A stretch of DNA of 64,000 nt, taken from Atribacterota bacterium. GTDB lineage: Bacteria; Atribacterota; Phoenicimicrobiia; Phoenicimicrobiales; Stramentimicrobiaceae. A model generated the notes under the pieces. The model saw only the letters and a list, made by a program, of their open reading frames with translations. It had not been told where the DNA came from and did not search any database. Of this stretch, positions 38,491 through 48,704 are shown one piece after another. Made by a program: the position numbers and the translations under genes. The DNA lies in the NCBI GenBank assembly GCA_040767965.1, contig JAXGNR010000005.1:192001-256000 (forward strand). The letters run 5' to 3'. Position 1 is the first letter of the stretch; the number at the start of each line of letters is the position of its first letter.

Positions 38491-39525
38491 ATGGAACATT
38501 TTTTAACATCTGCTGAGATAGGACAATATGAAGTTGATCCTAATAGGAAGTTGTTTTCTGCTAATCATGATGAAATAGAAAAAGGGCTTACTACTGATAT
38601 TTATTTTATAAGAGCATTGGAAATACTTGAATATCTAAAACTGGACAATACATGTGTGACAGCAGAAATATTTGCAAGAAAAGAAGGTATATTTGCTGGA
38701 GTTCAAGAAGCATATAATTTACTAAAAAATAAAAAAATTAATCTCTGGTCTTTAAATGAAGGAGACTATTTTTCCTCAAAAGAAACTGTTATGAGAATAG
38801 AAGGTCCCTATAACCAGTTTGGGTTTTTAGAAACCGTTATATTAGGAATATTGGCTAGTAGTTCAGCTTGGGCGACAGCAGCCAGGGAATGCAGAGAAGC
38901 AGCAAAAGATAAAAAAATAATTTGTTTTGGTTCTAGACATATTCATCCTGCGGTTGCCCCTGTTATGGAAAGAGCCGCTATTATAGGAGGAATGGATGGT
39001 GCCAGTTGTATTTTAGGTGCAAAATTAATGAAGCAAGAACCTCAAGGCACTATACCACATACTGTAATCATTATTACTGGGGATACTGTAAAAGCAGCTA
39101 AAGCATATAATGAATGTTCCCCAAAGAATGTTTCCAGAGTTATTTTAATTGATACTTTTAAAGATGAAACCGAAGAATCGATTAGAGTAGCAAATGCCCT
39201 TGGTAAAGACTTGCTGGGTGTAAGAATTGATACACCAAGTGAAAGGGGAGGAGTGTCTCCTGATTTGGTCAGAGAAGTAAGAGTAAGACTAGATCAGGCA
39301 GGTTTTCCTGATGTAAAAATATTTGTTTCTGGTGGTATTACCCCTGAAAGGATTAAATTATTAAACAAAGAAGCAGTAGATGTCTTTGGAGTTGGAAGCT
39401 ATATTAGTGATGCATCTCCAATTGATATGACTCTTGACATCAAAGAAGTAGAAGGAAAGCCAATGGCAAAAAGGGGTAGAATTCCTGGAAAAATTGAAAA
39501 CAAGAAATTAGTTAAAATTATTTAA
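38491..39525 (+). CDS. pncB: Nicotinate phosphoribosyltransferase (short type)
   Basis: TDIYF, FGSRHIHP, GTIPH, LIDTF, GVRIDTP, SGGI, FGVGS. Confidence 0.9.
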   Translation: MEHFLTSAEIGQYEVDPNRKLFSANHDEIEKGLTTDIYFIRALEILEYLKLDNTCVTAEIFARKEGIFAGVQEAYNLLKNKKINLWSLNEGDYFSSKETVMRIEGPYNQFGFLETVILGILASSSAWATAARECREAAKDKKIICFGSRHIHPAVAPVMERAAIIGGMDGASCILGAKLMKQEPQGTIPHTVIIITGDTVKAAKAYNECSPKNVSRVILIDTFKDETEESIRVANALGKDLLGVRIDTPSERGGVSPDLVREVRVRLDQAGFPDVKIFVSGGITPERIKLLNKEAVDVFGVGSYISDASPIDMTLDIKEVEGKPMAKRGRIPGKIENKKLVKII

Positions 39526-39579
39526 CTTTTATTTATAAATTTTAGTTAATATGCTAAATTAAAATAATAAAAACATAAA

Positions 39580-39666
39580 GCCGGGATGGCGGAATAGGCA
39601 GACGCGCCAGCTTGAGGGGCTGGTAGGCATATGCTTGTGGGGGTTCAAATCCCCCTCCCGGCACCA
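39580..39666 (+). tRNA. tRNA-Leu(GAG)
   Basis: GCCGGGA...TCCCGGC-ACCA; anticodon arm CCAGC-TT-GAG-GG-GCTGG; long variable arm. Confidence 0.96.
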
Positions 39667-39684
39667 TTTTAAAATTTATAATAG

Positions 39685-39735
39685 AATATTCAAACATTAA
39701 GAGGAGGCTTAGCTTCCTCTTAATGTTTGAATATT
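39685..39735. terminator. Long hairpin terminator after tRNA-Leu
   Basis: 24-bp stem with one G:U, AATATTCAAACATTAAGAGGAGGC / GCTTCCTCTTAATGTTTGAATATT. Confidence 0.8.
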
Positions 39736-39831
39736 GGTTTTTATTTAAATATTTTAGTGATTATTAAAAATAAAATAAAAAAAATTAGTAATCACATAGT
39801 AATCACATTATTAAAAGTCCGGGTTATTTAA

Positions 39832-40179
39832 ATGCACGAAAGATCAATAGCAAAAAATATGTTAAACCTAATTTTGGAAAAAACAAAATCTTTAAAAAAA
39901 GAAAAGACAATAAAGAAAATAAACATTATTGTTGGTGAATTTACTATGATTCAAGAAGAATTACTTGTCCGTGCATTTTATGATTTAGCAAAATCAACAA
40001 TTGCGGAAAAGGCAGAAATAAAAATTATCAATAATCCTTTAACAGGAAAATGCTTAAGCTGTAAAAAGGAATTTCTTCTTAATAAAAAAGAATTTATTTG
40101 CCCTTTCTGTAAGAGCAGCATGATTCAAATAATAAGTGGAGATGAATTACTTATTGAAGATATAGAAATAAGCAAATAA
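39832..40179 (+). CDS. hypA: Hydrogenase nickel chaperone HypA
   Basis: N-terminal MHE, CLSC...CPFC, SGDEL. Confidence 0.96.
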   Translation: MHERSIAKNMLNLILEKTKSLKKEKTIKKINIIVGEFTMIQEELLVRAFYDLAKSTIAEKAEIKIINNPLTGKCLSCKKEFLLNKKEFICPFCKSSMIQIISGDELLIEDIEISK

Positions 40180-40534
40180 TAATTGTTAGGTATAATAAGG
40201 CAAACTGTAACTATATATTTATGAAGTCTTCCAATTAAAAAACAATGATATATTTTATGAAAATAAAATATATTTTTTGCCAAATACTCTAAATTATTTT
40301 ATTTTTAAAAAATTGAAAGTAACTAACTAGATATGGTATACTTTTTAAGAATTTTTAATTTTAGCAAAATATTGTTTTTAATATTTTTAATTTTTTGTAA
40401 CATCTAAACCGGACATATACAACTAAAGAGGATAAATAAATATTATTGACTTTATAATTAAATAAATAAAAATACTGGAGTTAAAAATATATTTAATTTA
40501 AATAAGGACTAATAAATAGAAGTGAGGTGGAATA

Positions 40535-41044
40535 ATGGTCGGGTTTTTTATTACTTTTGTGTTAAGTTTTCTTGCCTATCTTTTTCTGGCGGCAAACCAA
40601 GGAGAGATATTAGGCTTGTGGAGTCAAAATGAGATTATATTCGCCACAATTATTTCTTTTATAGTTGCTGCCATTTCTTCTAGGGTGCTGTTTCAGAAAG
40701 GACATTATCGCTTGCTAAATCCTCTCAAATGGGGCATATTCTTGATTTACCTGTTTGGTCCATTCTTAGTAGCTTTGATAAAAGCCAATATTGATGTTGC
40801 TTATCGCGTTATAACAGGGAAAATTAATCCAGGAATTGTAAAAATATCTCCAAATTTAAAAACTGATGCCGGAATTACCATGTTATCAAATTCAATTACG
40901 ATAACACCTGGGACTCTTACTGTCGACATTGACGAGAAAAGCAATGATCTTTATATTCACTGGATTAATGTAACTAATTTAAAACCTACAATTGAAGATA
41001 TTTGTGGAAATTTTCCAACTTGGATTAGGAGGATTGCAGAATGA
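40535..41044 (+). CDS. mbhA: Mbh subunit A (MrpE/MnhE-like)
   Basis: KANIDVA...PGIV...NSITITPGTLT...LYIHWI. Confidence 0.9.
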   Translation: MVGFFITFVLSFLAYLFLAANQGEILGLWSQNEIIFATIISFIVAAISSRVLFQKGHYRLLNPLKWGIFLIYLFGPFLVALIKANIDVAYRVITGKINPGIVKISPNLKTDAGITMLSNSITITPGTLTVDIDEKSNDLYIHWINVTNLKPTIEDICGNFPTWIRRIAE

Positions 41045-41313
41045 TTCAATTTTCTAATATATTTTTACTTTCTGGCTCGCTTTTAGCTTTCTTTATCTTT
41101 ATTTCCCTTATAAGGATTGTCTTGGGACCGACTGTACCAGATCGTGCAGTGGCTCTAGACACTATTAATACTCTTGTTATTGCGGCAATGATCTTGTTTG
41201 GAGCGGCTTTTGAAGAAATTATTTATATTGATGTTGCAATTGTTTATGCTTTGTTATCTTATATTACTACCCTTTATATTGCAAAATATTTAGAAAGGAG
41301 GGCAAAAAAATAA
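41041..41313 (+). CDS. mbhB: Mbh subunit B (MrpF-like)
   Basis: RIVLGPTVPDRAVALD; three TM helices. Confidence 0.9.
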   Translation: MIQFSNIFLLSGSLLAFFIFISLIRIVLGPTVPDRAVALDTINTLVIAAMILFGAAFEEIIYIDVAIVYALLSYITTLYIAKYLERRAKK

Positions 41314-41676
41314 ATGGCTATACTTTCTATAGTACTGTATTTATCTTTAGCCATAGGCGTTTTTTTTAATGGACTGGGTTCTTTTGGACTAATAAGATTC
41401 CCAGATGTTTATACTCGATTGCATGCTGCAACTAAATGTACTACTTTTGGTTCAATATTTTCCTCTTTGGCAGTCATTATTTTTGGTTTCTATTTTTGGA
41501 AAGTCTCAGGTGACTCTAAATATGGTGTATTATCATTACACACAATTGTTGCTTTGGCCTGTCTGGTGATTACTAATCCAACTGGAGCACATGCAATTGC
41601 CAGGGCTGCTCATCGTAGTGGAGTATTCCCGAAACAAGCTGTAATGGACGAATTAAAGGAGGCTGATTTGCAATGA
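41314..41676 (+). CDS. mbhC: Mbh subunit C (MrpG-like)
   Basis: RFPDVYTRLHAATK, NPTGAHAIARAA. Confidence 0.9.
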   Translation: MAILSIVLYLSLAIGVFFNGLGSFGLIRFPDVYTRLHAATKCTTFGSIFSSLAVIIFGFYFWKVSGDSKYGVLSLHTIVALACLVITNPTGAHAIARAAHRSGVFPKQAVMDELKEADLQ

Positions 41677-41915
41677 GTAATTTAATTGGATTTTCACACA
41701 TAATTGTAATATCGCTGATACTAATTGCTGCTTTCTTGGCAATTAATTTAAAAGATATTTTATCTGCAGTGATTGCTCTTGCTGCCTCAAGCTTACTAAT
41801 GTCACTAGAATTTTATTTGTTACAGGCACCTGATGTAGCTATTGCTGAGGCGGCAGTTGGTGCAGCTTTAACAACAGCTATTTATATTTTTGCAATTAAG
41901 GCCACTAAGAAATAG
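41673..41915 (+). CDS. mbhD: Mbh subunit D
   Basis: LQAPDVAIAEAAVG. Confidence 0.88.
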   Translation: MSNLIGFSHIIVISLILIAAFLAINLKDILSAVIALAASSLLMSLEFYLLQAPDVAIAEAAVGAALTTAIYIFAIKATKK

Positions 41916-41927
41916 AGGAGTGACACA

Positions 41928-42194
41928 ATGAAAAAAACATTATTTGGAATAGCATTATTATTTTTCTTGGCTTTCATGATTTTTACTGCAATAGGAATGA
42001 GAGACTTTGGAATTCCAGAATTAACAGAAGTAGATGATTATTATATTAAAAATGCCCAAAGGGAAACAGGAGCCAACAATGTAGTGACTTCTATTGTATT
42101 TGATTATCGTGGGTTTGATACTCTGGGGGAAGCAACAGTTTTGTTCACTGCAGTTGTTGGGGTTACTGCATTATTAAGAGAGGTGATCAAATGA
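41928..42194 (+). CDS. mbhE: Mbh subunit E
   Basis: NVVTSIVFDYRGFDTLGE. Confidence 0.9.
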   Translation: MKKTLFGIALLFFLAFMIFTAIGMRDFGIPELTEVDDYYIKNAQRETGANNVVTSIVFDYRGFDTLGEATVLFTAVVGVTALLREVIK

Positions 42195-42670
42195 AAGAAG
42201 AAATGTCACGTATTGTTAGAACAATTACCTCGTTAATTTATGGTTTTGTAATAATTTATGGTTTTTATATTATTGTTCATGGACACTTAACACCAGGCGG
42301 GGGATTTCAAGGTGGTGCTATTGTTGCATCTGCATTTGCTTTATTACTTGTGTCTTATGGGGAAAAAGGAATTGACGGTTTTTTAAAAGAGGAATTATTA
42401 TCCTATATTGAGAGTACTGGATTGGTTCTGTTTATCTCCTTTGCTTTTCTCGGATTAGGGACAACATTTTTTTATAACTTTTTGGCAAATAGTGAAAATA
42501 TCTTTGGTAATTCGGTTAATACAGGAATCAATCCTGGAGAACTGAATTCCAGTGGCACAATTGCTTTGATGAATATTGCAGTAGGCATAGAAGTTTTAGC
42601 AGCTTTGGGGGTTATTATTCTTAACATGTCTGCTGGTGCTGAAAAAATATCAAAACAGAAGGAGAATTGA
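42191..42670 (+). CDS. mbhF: Mbh subunit F (MrpB-like)
   Basis: HGHLTPGGGFQGG. Confidence 0.9.
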   Translation: MKEEMSRIVRTITSLIYGFVIIYGFYIIVHGHLTPGGGFQGGAIVASAFALLLVSYGEKGIDGFLKEELLSYIESTGLVLFISFAFLGLGTTFFYNFLANSENIFGNSVNTGINPGELNSSGTIALMNIAVGIEVLAALGVIILNMSAGAEKISKQKEN

Positions 42671-42674
42671 TAAT

Positions 42675-43022
42675 ATGCTAGCGAATTTTCCTTATCTAGC
42701 TGTCGTTATTTTAATAGGAATGGGTATTTATACTTTAGTTTTTAAAAAAAATCTCATACGTATTGCTATCGGTATAACTATAATTGAAATGGGCGCGAAT
42801 TTATTTTTGATTACGTTAGGTTATAAGAAAGGATCTATTGCACCAATTTATACTCAGGCACCTGAAGGCATGAGTATGGCTTTACCAACACCTCAGGCAT
42901 TAACATTGACAAGCATAGTAATAGGTGTAGCTACAACAGCATTGATTCTTTCCATTATTATGATTATATTTAAAAAATATGGTACTTTGAATACTGATGA
43001 TATAAGGAGGTTAAGAGGATGA
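42675..43022 (+). CDS. mbhG: Mbh subunit G (MrpC-like)
   Basis: PTPQALTLTSIVIG; start moved to ATG 42675. Confidence 0.9.
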   Translation: MLANFPYLAVVILIGMGIYTLVFKKNLIRIAIGITIIEMGANLFLITLGYKKGSIAPIYTQAPEGMSMALPTPQALTLTSIVIGVATTALILSIIMIIFKKYGTLNTDDIRRLRG

Positions 43023-44587
43023 CTTTTATTGCTTCTCATGCGCCTGCATTGATTATTGCCTTGACTCTTTTAGCTGCTTTTTTAGTACCAATAATAGGTA
43101 AAATAAAACAAAAAATCTTAGGGATTTTCGTTACTGCTGTGCTTGGAATTACTTTAATTCTAACTTTGTTCATTGCCATACAGGTTTTCGGAAATGGTCC
43201 CATTAAATATGTTTTTGGAGCAACAAATACTGGCTTATCGTTACCATCAGGATATTCAGTTCCGATAAGAATTATTTTTCATATTGACAGTATGGGAATA
43301 TTTATGGGTTTAATAACTGCTGTTGTAACTTTTTTAGGATCTTTGTATTCTTTGGCATTTATGGCAAAGCATGATGGTATGGAAAAATATTATGCCCTTC
43401 TTTTGTTATTAACAACTGCAATGTTTGGGATGGAATTTACTGGAGATATATTTAACTTTTTTGTTTTCCTGGAGATATCGTCAATTGCATCAGTTGCTTT
43501 GATTTCTTTCAGGAGCAATCTTTACGGAGAATCAGCTGAAGCAGGATTAAAATATATGATTGTTAGCTCCATAAGTGCTCTCATGGTTTTATTTTCTATC
43601 GGGTTGTTTTATGGACAGTACGATGTCTTAAACATGGCTGCTATTGCAAATATTATCCAATTTAATCAAATAGACAAAATTGCTCTTGTACTTCTTATAA
43701 CTGTATTGTCAATGAAAGCAGGGGCTGTTCCTATGCATATGTGGACTCCGGATGCCTATTCTGAGGCTCCTGGGGCAATAACAATGGTACTTGTCGCTGC
43801 TAGCCAGGCGAGTTTATATGCCTTGTTTAGAGTGGTTTTTTCCCTTTATAATATAAAAATGAACACCTATACCGTTGGCTGGATAATTATTATTTTAGGT
43901 ATTTTATCTATGTTTATTGGGGTTACAATGGCTATTATTCAAAAAGACATCAAAAGATTAATGGCATATCACGCTGTTTCACAGACTGGTTATATGCTTT
44001 TAGGCGTTGGAGTCGGATTAGCTGTTTTAGCAAATCCTGTTGCCTTAGAAACATTTGGTATTAAGGCTATGGAGGGTGGCATTTTTCATATTATGAACCA
44101 TGCAATGTATAAGGGTTTGCTATTTTTAACGGCAGGTGCTTTATTTTATAGAACAGGTACCAGGGATTTGAATAAAATGGGCGGATTAGGCAATAAAATG
44201 ATTTATACTGCAGTATTTTTTATAATTGGTGCAGCAGCGATTGCAGGTATTCCTCCATTTAATGGATTTGCTTCAAAATTGATTATATATGAATCAGTTT
44301 TCCAATTCAACCCATTGTTATCAATAATCGCCATGCTGGTAAGTATTTTAACTCTTGCATCTTTTGTAAAAGTATTTCATAGTGCTTTTCTTGGGCCAAA
44401 AATGGAACAATATGAAGATATAAAAGAAGTGCCCAAAAGCATGCTTTTTGCAATGGGAACACTGGCTTGTATTATTGTTTTGTTCGGATTATTTCCTGAT
44501 TTAGTCGTTAAACATTTAGTACACCCAGCAGTAATGGCTTTGATTAACCAATCCGGCTATACTGAAGTGATTTTGGGAGGAATGTAA
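43019..44587 (+). CDS. mbhH: Mbh subunit H (MrpD/NuoN-like antiporter subunit)
   Basis: DIFNFFVFLEI, KAGAVPMHMWTPDAYSEAP, HIMNHAMYKG, GIPPFNGFASK. Confidence 0.92.
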   Translation: MTFIASHAPALIIALTLLAAFLVPIIGKIKQKILGIFVTAVLGITLILTLFIAIQVFGNGPIKYVFGATNTGLSLPSGYSVPIRIIFHIDSMGIFMGLITAVVTFLGSLYSLAFMAKHDGMEKYYALLLLLTTAMFGMEFTGDIFNFFVFLEISSIASVALISFRSNLYGESAEAGLKYMIVSSISALMVLFSIGLFYGQYDVLNMAAIANIIQFNQIDKIALVLLITVLSMKAGAVPMHMWTPDAYSEAPGAITMVLVAASQASLYALFRVVFSLYNIKMNTYTVGWIIIILGILSMFIGVTMAIIQKDIKRLMAYHAVSQTGYMLLGVGVGLAVLANPVALETFGIKAMEGGIFHIMNHAMYKGLLFLTAGALFYRTGTRDLNKMGGLGNKMIYTAVFFIIGAAAIAGIPPFNGFASKLIIYESVFQFNPLLSIIAMLVSILTLASFVKVFHSAFLGPKMEQYEDIKEVPKSMLFAMGTLACIIVLFGLFPDLVVKHLVHPAVMALINQSGYTEVILGGM

Positions 44588-44588
44588 T

Positions 44589-44930
44589 ATGAATATTGGA
44601 TTATTAGAAACTGGAAGCGGAAGTTGGAATGCTATAATATGGCTAATAATGTTCATAATTATAGGGATAGCTGCAATCTGGATTAGGAGCCACGGAGAAG
44701 ATCACTATAAGAAAAATACTGACCAAACTAAACCTTTCCTTTCTGGAAACAGAGAGATAAGCAAAGAAGACTCTCATGTGGGTGCCAGCCATATTTATTG
44801 GGGTTTTACAGAGGCACTAAAAAAATACTATAAACCCCTGGTGGCTTTGCATACAGGTGACTTAAATGACTATAGTGGATGGATTGTTCTAATCCTGGCC
44901 ATTATCTTAATTATCGTAGGAGTAAGTTAA
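44589..44930 (+). CDS. mbhI: Mbh subunit I
   Basis: TM helix, KPFLSGN, YWGF, HTGDLNDY plus TM; lies between H and J. Confidence 0.82.
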   Translation: MNIGLLETGSGSWNAIIWLIMFIIIGIAAIWIRSHGEDHYKKNTDQTKPFLSGNREISKEDSHVGASHIYWGFTEALKKYYKPLVALHTGDLNDYSGWIVLILAIILIIVGVS

Positions 44931-44931
44931 C

Positions 44932-45405
44932 ATGAAACTAAATAAAAATTTTGATCGTTCTCTATGGGTATTCCATTTAAATACAGGTTCTTGTAATGGA
45001 TGTGATATTGAAATTGTTGCCTTATTAACTCCCAGATATGATGTGGAAAGATTCGGAATTAAACTCGTAGGAAGCCCAAAACACGCCGATGTATTACTTG
45101 TTACTGGCCCAGTTAACAGAAAAATGTTGCCTAGATTAAAATTGATCTATGATCAAACACCAGACCCTAAGGCGGTAATCGTAGTAGGTACTTGTGGAAG
45201 CAGTGGTGGTGTTTTTTATGATTCTTATAATATAGTTGGACCGGTAGATAAGCATATACCAGTTGACGTGTATGTCCCTGGTTGTCCTATTAGGCCGGAA
45301 GCTATTATAAATGGAGTGTTGAAAGCTTGGCTCAAGCTGGAAAGAATAAGAAATGAATCAGATAAGGCAAAAATTATTGAAACAGCAAAAGAAGCCAGTT
45401 CTTAA
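44932..45405 (+). CDS. mbhJ: Mbh small subunit J (NuoB-like)
   Basis: GSCNGCDIE, SPKHAD, VGTC, VPGCP. Confidence 0.93.
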   Translation: MKLNKNFDRSLWVFHLNTGSCNGCDIEIVALLTPRYDVERFGIKLVGSPKHADVLLVTGPVNRKMLPRLKLIYDQTPDPKAVIVVGTCGSSGGVFYDSYNIVGPVDKHIPVDVYVPGCPIRPEAIINGVLKAWLKLERIRNESDKAKIIETAKEASS

Positions 45406-45431
45406 TATTAAATAAGGTTTAGGTGATAATT

Positions 45432-45944
45432 ATGCAATATATGAAACCAGAAGAGTTAATGGAATTTTTAAAAAAAGAACTAAAAGAATCTTTATTGGAT
45501 ATAAGGCTTGACATCAAAAGAAGGTATAAAACAAAAGAGAATCACAACATCTGGCTTGAAATCAAAAAAGAAATATTTAAAGACACGATTAAACTAATTG
45601 CTAGTTTACACTATCCCCATATTTCCATCATAGCAGGAGAAGATACTGGAGAAAATGTTGTTTTGACATATCTGCTTTCTATATATTATGGTGAACAAGC
45701 TAAGGAAATTTGTCTTAATATAAAAATAAAACTAGATATTAAAGAACCAACTATTAGTACAATAACCGATATTATACCTGGTGCTCAAACTACTGAAAGG
45801 GAAATTAAAGAAATGTTTGGAGTAAATTTTGTTGGACTACCAGATATGCATAATATATTTTTACCGGAAGATTTCCCAAAAATATTTATCCGTTTAGAAA
45901 AAACCAAAAGGGATTGGATGATCTCATTCAAAAATGAAAGTTGA
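45432..45944 (+). CDS. mbhK: Mbh subunit K (NuoC-like); probable 1-nt deletion in the A5 run at 45878-45882, corrected stop at 45937
   Basis: EREIKEMFGV.F.G.P; adding one A gives the typical FLPEDFPKNIYPFRK. Confidence 0.88.
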   Translation: MQYMKPEELMEFLKKELKESLLDIRLDIKRRYKTKENHNIWLEIKKEIFKDTIKLIASLHYPHISIIAGEDTGENVVLTYLLSIYYGEQAKEICLNIKIKLDIKEPTISTITDIIPGAQTTEREIKEMFGVNFVGLPDMHNIFLPEDFPKIFIRLEKTKRDWMISFKNES

Positions 45945-45955
45945 GGTGATTTAAA

Positions 45956-47177
45956 TTGGCTATGTCGAGTTATAAAGTACCTATTGGTCCGATTCATCCT
46001 TCGCTGGAAGAACCGATGACCTTCAATTTTGAAATTGCAGGAGAAAAATTACATCCGTAGATTTAGCCCTGGTGACAACCATCGTGGCATAGAATTTATG
46101 GGAAGAAATAGGAATATAATTCAGATTATTTATTTGGCAGAAAGGATTTGCGGTATTTGTTCTATATCTCATCCTTATGCTTTTTGCAGAGCTGTTGAAA
46201 GCGCAGCGAATATCGAAGTTCCCCCCAGAGCGGAATATATCAGAGCAATTATTGCAGAATTAGAAAGAATACATTCTCATATTCTTTGGGCTGGTGTTGC
46301 TGCTCACGAATTAGGATTTGATTCGGTTCTGTTCCTATCCTGGAAGGTTCGAGAAAATGTAATGGATCTTCTGGAATTATTGACTGGTAACCGGGTAAAT
46401 TATGGCATTTATATGGTAGGTGGAGTGAGGAGAGATATTAAGGATGAACACATCCCTAAAATAAAGCAAACTTTGGAGTATTACAAAGAAACTTACCAAA
46501 AATTAGAAGATGTATTCTTGCAGGATCCCAGCATAGCTCTGAGGACAAAAGGGGTTGGGCCATTGTCTTACGAAGAAGCACTTAATTTATCTGCTGTAGG
46601 GCCAACCACCAGAGCTTCTGGTGTTAAAAAAGATGTCAGGCAAGATCACCCATATTCTGCCTATGCAGATATGAATATAAAAGCCATTACTCCAGATGTA
46701 TTTTCTGGAGAGGTAAATGGTGATGTTTATGATAGGATTATTGTGAGATTATTAGAAGTAAAGCAATCAGTGGAAATAATTGAATATTGCGTGAATAATT
46801 TGCCAGATGGAGATATTTTATCAGAAAAGAAATTAGCCAAATTATTAGCAACACTTAAAAAAGCCACCGGTGAAGGAATTGGAAGACATGAGGCCCCCAG
46901 AGGAGAAGTTATACATTATGTAAAATTAGGCGAAGGAGAAGCCCCAGAAGTATGGAAGGCCAGAGCTCCGACTTATAATAACCTTATGCCATGGGTTCCT
47001 ATGCTGAAAAATCAAGAAGTCGCTGATATTCCAATTGTTATTGCCTCCATAGATCCTTGTATAGGCTGCATGGACAGGGTTACCCTGGTAGATTCCAGTA
47101 CTTATAAAAAAGAAATATTGACCAGGGATCAATTGAGAAAATTAAGCGTTGAAAAAACCAGGAGGTTATTACAATGA
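45956..47177 (+). CDS. mbhL: Mbh [NiFe] large subunit L (group 4d), N-terminus frameshifted near 46044-46069
   Basis: Upstream frame gives VPIGPIHPSLEEP; main frame has HRGIE, ERICGICS, EAPRGE and DPCIGCMDR followed by a C-terminal extension. All four Ni-ligating Cys are present. Confidence 0.93.
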
Positions 47178-48181
47178 TTGAGAGTGGTATTTTAATATTT
47201 TTATTAAAAATATTAGGGGCAATAGTAATTGCTTTTTTGGGAATAGCAGTTGGTCTCTTTTACAAAGGTTTAGATAGAAAAATAGCAGCCAGAATGCAAT
47301 CAAGGATTGGGCCGCCAATACGACAACCATTTTATGATTTTTTTAAACTGATGATGAAAGAAAACGTAGTTCCTGAGAATGCAGTACCATGGGTCTTTAA
47401 TGGAGCTCCTTTATTGGCTCTTGTTTCAGTAATAACCATTCTGTTTTATATTCCTATTGCATCTTTCCCCGCATTGCTCGGAGGATCCGGAGATTTAATA
47501 TTAATTGCTTATTTACTAGCAATACCTGCTGTTGCATTAGTTGTAGGCGGATTTAGCTCGGGTTCAACTTATGCCAGTATTGGAGCACAAAGAGAAATGG
47601 TTTTAATGATGAGCTATGAGTTGCCGTTAGTTACAATTATTATTGCGCTTGGATGGCGATTAAATCTTGCAAACCCTGGTTTGAATATATTTTCTCTAGA
47701 TATTCTCACTGCCAACCCAATCTGGGGAGTAGTAGGACCATTAGGATTTCTTGGTGCAATATTGCTCCTTTTTACTCTGGCCATCGTAACACCGGCAGAA
47801 TTATCCATTGTTCCTTTTGATACTCCAGAAGCTGAAACTGAGTTGGCAGGTGGGGCATTGGTTGAATATTCTGGCAGGAATTTAGCTTTATTTGAACTTG
47901 CAAATGCAGTTAAGCTAGTTGTTATGGCAGCCTTAACTGTTGCTCTTTTTTTCCCGTACAATTTAGCCCACTTGTTTTCTTTAAGTGGAATTCTTGCAAG
48001 TATTGTAGATATACTATTCTTTTTAGTAAAAATATTTATTGTTGTATTTTTTGAAGCTACCTATATCCGGGTAGCATTAGCCCGTTTTAAGATTAACCAA
48101 GCCTCTGTCACTTATTTGATATATCTTTCAATAATCGGATTAATGGGCTTATTATTAATTGTAGTGGATTATTTAATATAA
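47174..48181 (+). CDS. mbhM: Mbh subunit M (NuoH-like)
   Basis: DRKIAARMQSRIGPP, PFDTPEAETELAGG..EYSG. Confidence 0.92.
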   Translation: MIESGILIFLLKILGAIVIAFLGIAVGLFYKGLDRKIAARMQSRIGPPIRQPFYDFFKLMMKENVVPENAVPWVFNGAPLLALVSVITILFYIPIASFPALLGGSGDLILIAYLLAIPAVALVVGGFSSGSTYASIGAQREMVLMMSYELPLVTIIIALGWRLNLANPGLNIFSLDILTANPIWGVVGPLGFLGAILLLFTLAIVTPAELSIVPFDTPEAETELAGGALVEYSGRNLALFELANAVKLVVMAALTVALFFPYNLAHLFSLSGILASIVDILFFLVKIFIVVFFEATYIRVALARFKINQASVTYLIYLSIIGLMGLLLIVVDYLI

Positions 48182-48197
48182 TATTGAGGTGAAGATT

Positions 48198-48605
48198 ATG
48201 CCTACTCCAATGGTATTTGAGTTAATTAAACAGCTTTTTAGTAAAGCATCAACCAATTGTTTTCCTGTCAAGTATTACCCGGGAGACACTACAGTAACTG
48301 AGTTGATTGATAAAGTGCAGAAAGGTGAAGCTAAGATAAATCCGCCAGTGGAAGTACCTGATAAATTCAGGGGGAAAATAACATACGAAAGAGATAAATG
48401 TATTGGTTGCAAATTATGTGTAAAAGTATGTCCTTCTGAAGCAATTGAATTTTTGCCGGAAGAAAAAAAGATCAGGATTAGAATAGATAGATGTATTTTC
48501 TGTTCACAATGCAATGATATTTGCCCGGTAAATTGCCTGCACATGTCAGAAGATTTTTTACTTGCTAATGAAGACAGGTTAAGTCCAGAGATGATTGTTG
48601 ATTAA
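48198..48605 (+). CDS. mbhN: Mbh subunit N (NuoI-like, 2x[4Fe-4S])
   Basis: FRGK, CIGCKLCVKVCP, CIFCSQCNDICP. Confidence 0.92.
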   Translation: MPTPMVFELIKQLFSKASTNCFPVKYYPGDTTVTELIDKVQKGEAKINPPVEVPDKFRGKITYERDKCIGCKLCVKVCPSEAIEFLPEEKKIRIRIDRCIFCSQCNDICPVNCLHMSEDFLLANEDRLSPEMIVD

Positions 48606-48650
48606 ACTTAGTATATTAATACATAATAGATTAACTGACAATTAAAGCAG

Positions 48651-48704
48651 TTTGAATTAAAAAGAGAATGCTAAAATTCTTCAGCATTCTCTTTTTAATT
48701 CAAA
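48651..48704. terminator. Bidirectional terminator between the mbh operon and the maturation protease
   Basis: Perfect 22-bp inverted repeat TTTGAATTAAAAAGAGAATGCT / AGCATTCTCTTTTTAATTCAAA between convergent genes. Confidence 0.88.

Noticed and set aside
39580-39831. Genomic island integrated at tRNA-Leu carrying the energy locus
   Set aside because: No integrase, no duplicated tRNA 3' end and no visible compositional shift.
40180-40534. Sigma-54 promoter or Rex site upstream of mbh
   Set aside because: I found no TGGCAC-N5-TTGC motif and only weak partial Rex-like half sites in very AT-rich DNA.
45956-47177. Mbx/Mbs sulfane reductase or complex I instead of a hydrogenase
   Set aside because: All four Ni-binding cysteines and a cleavable tail are present, with hyp genes and a maturation protease nearby.
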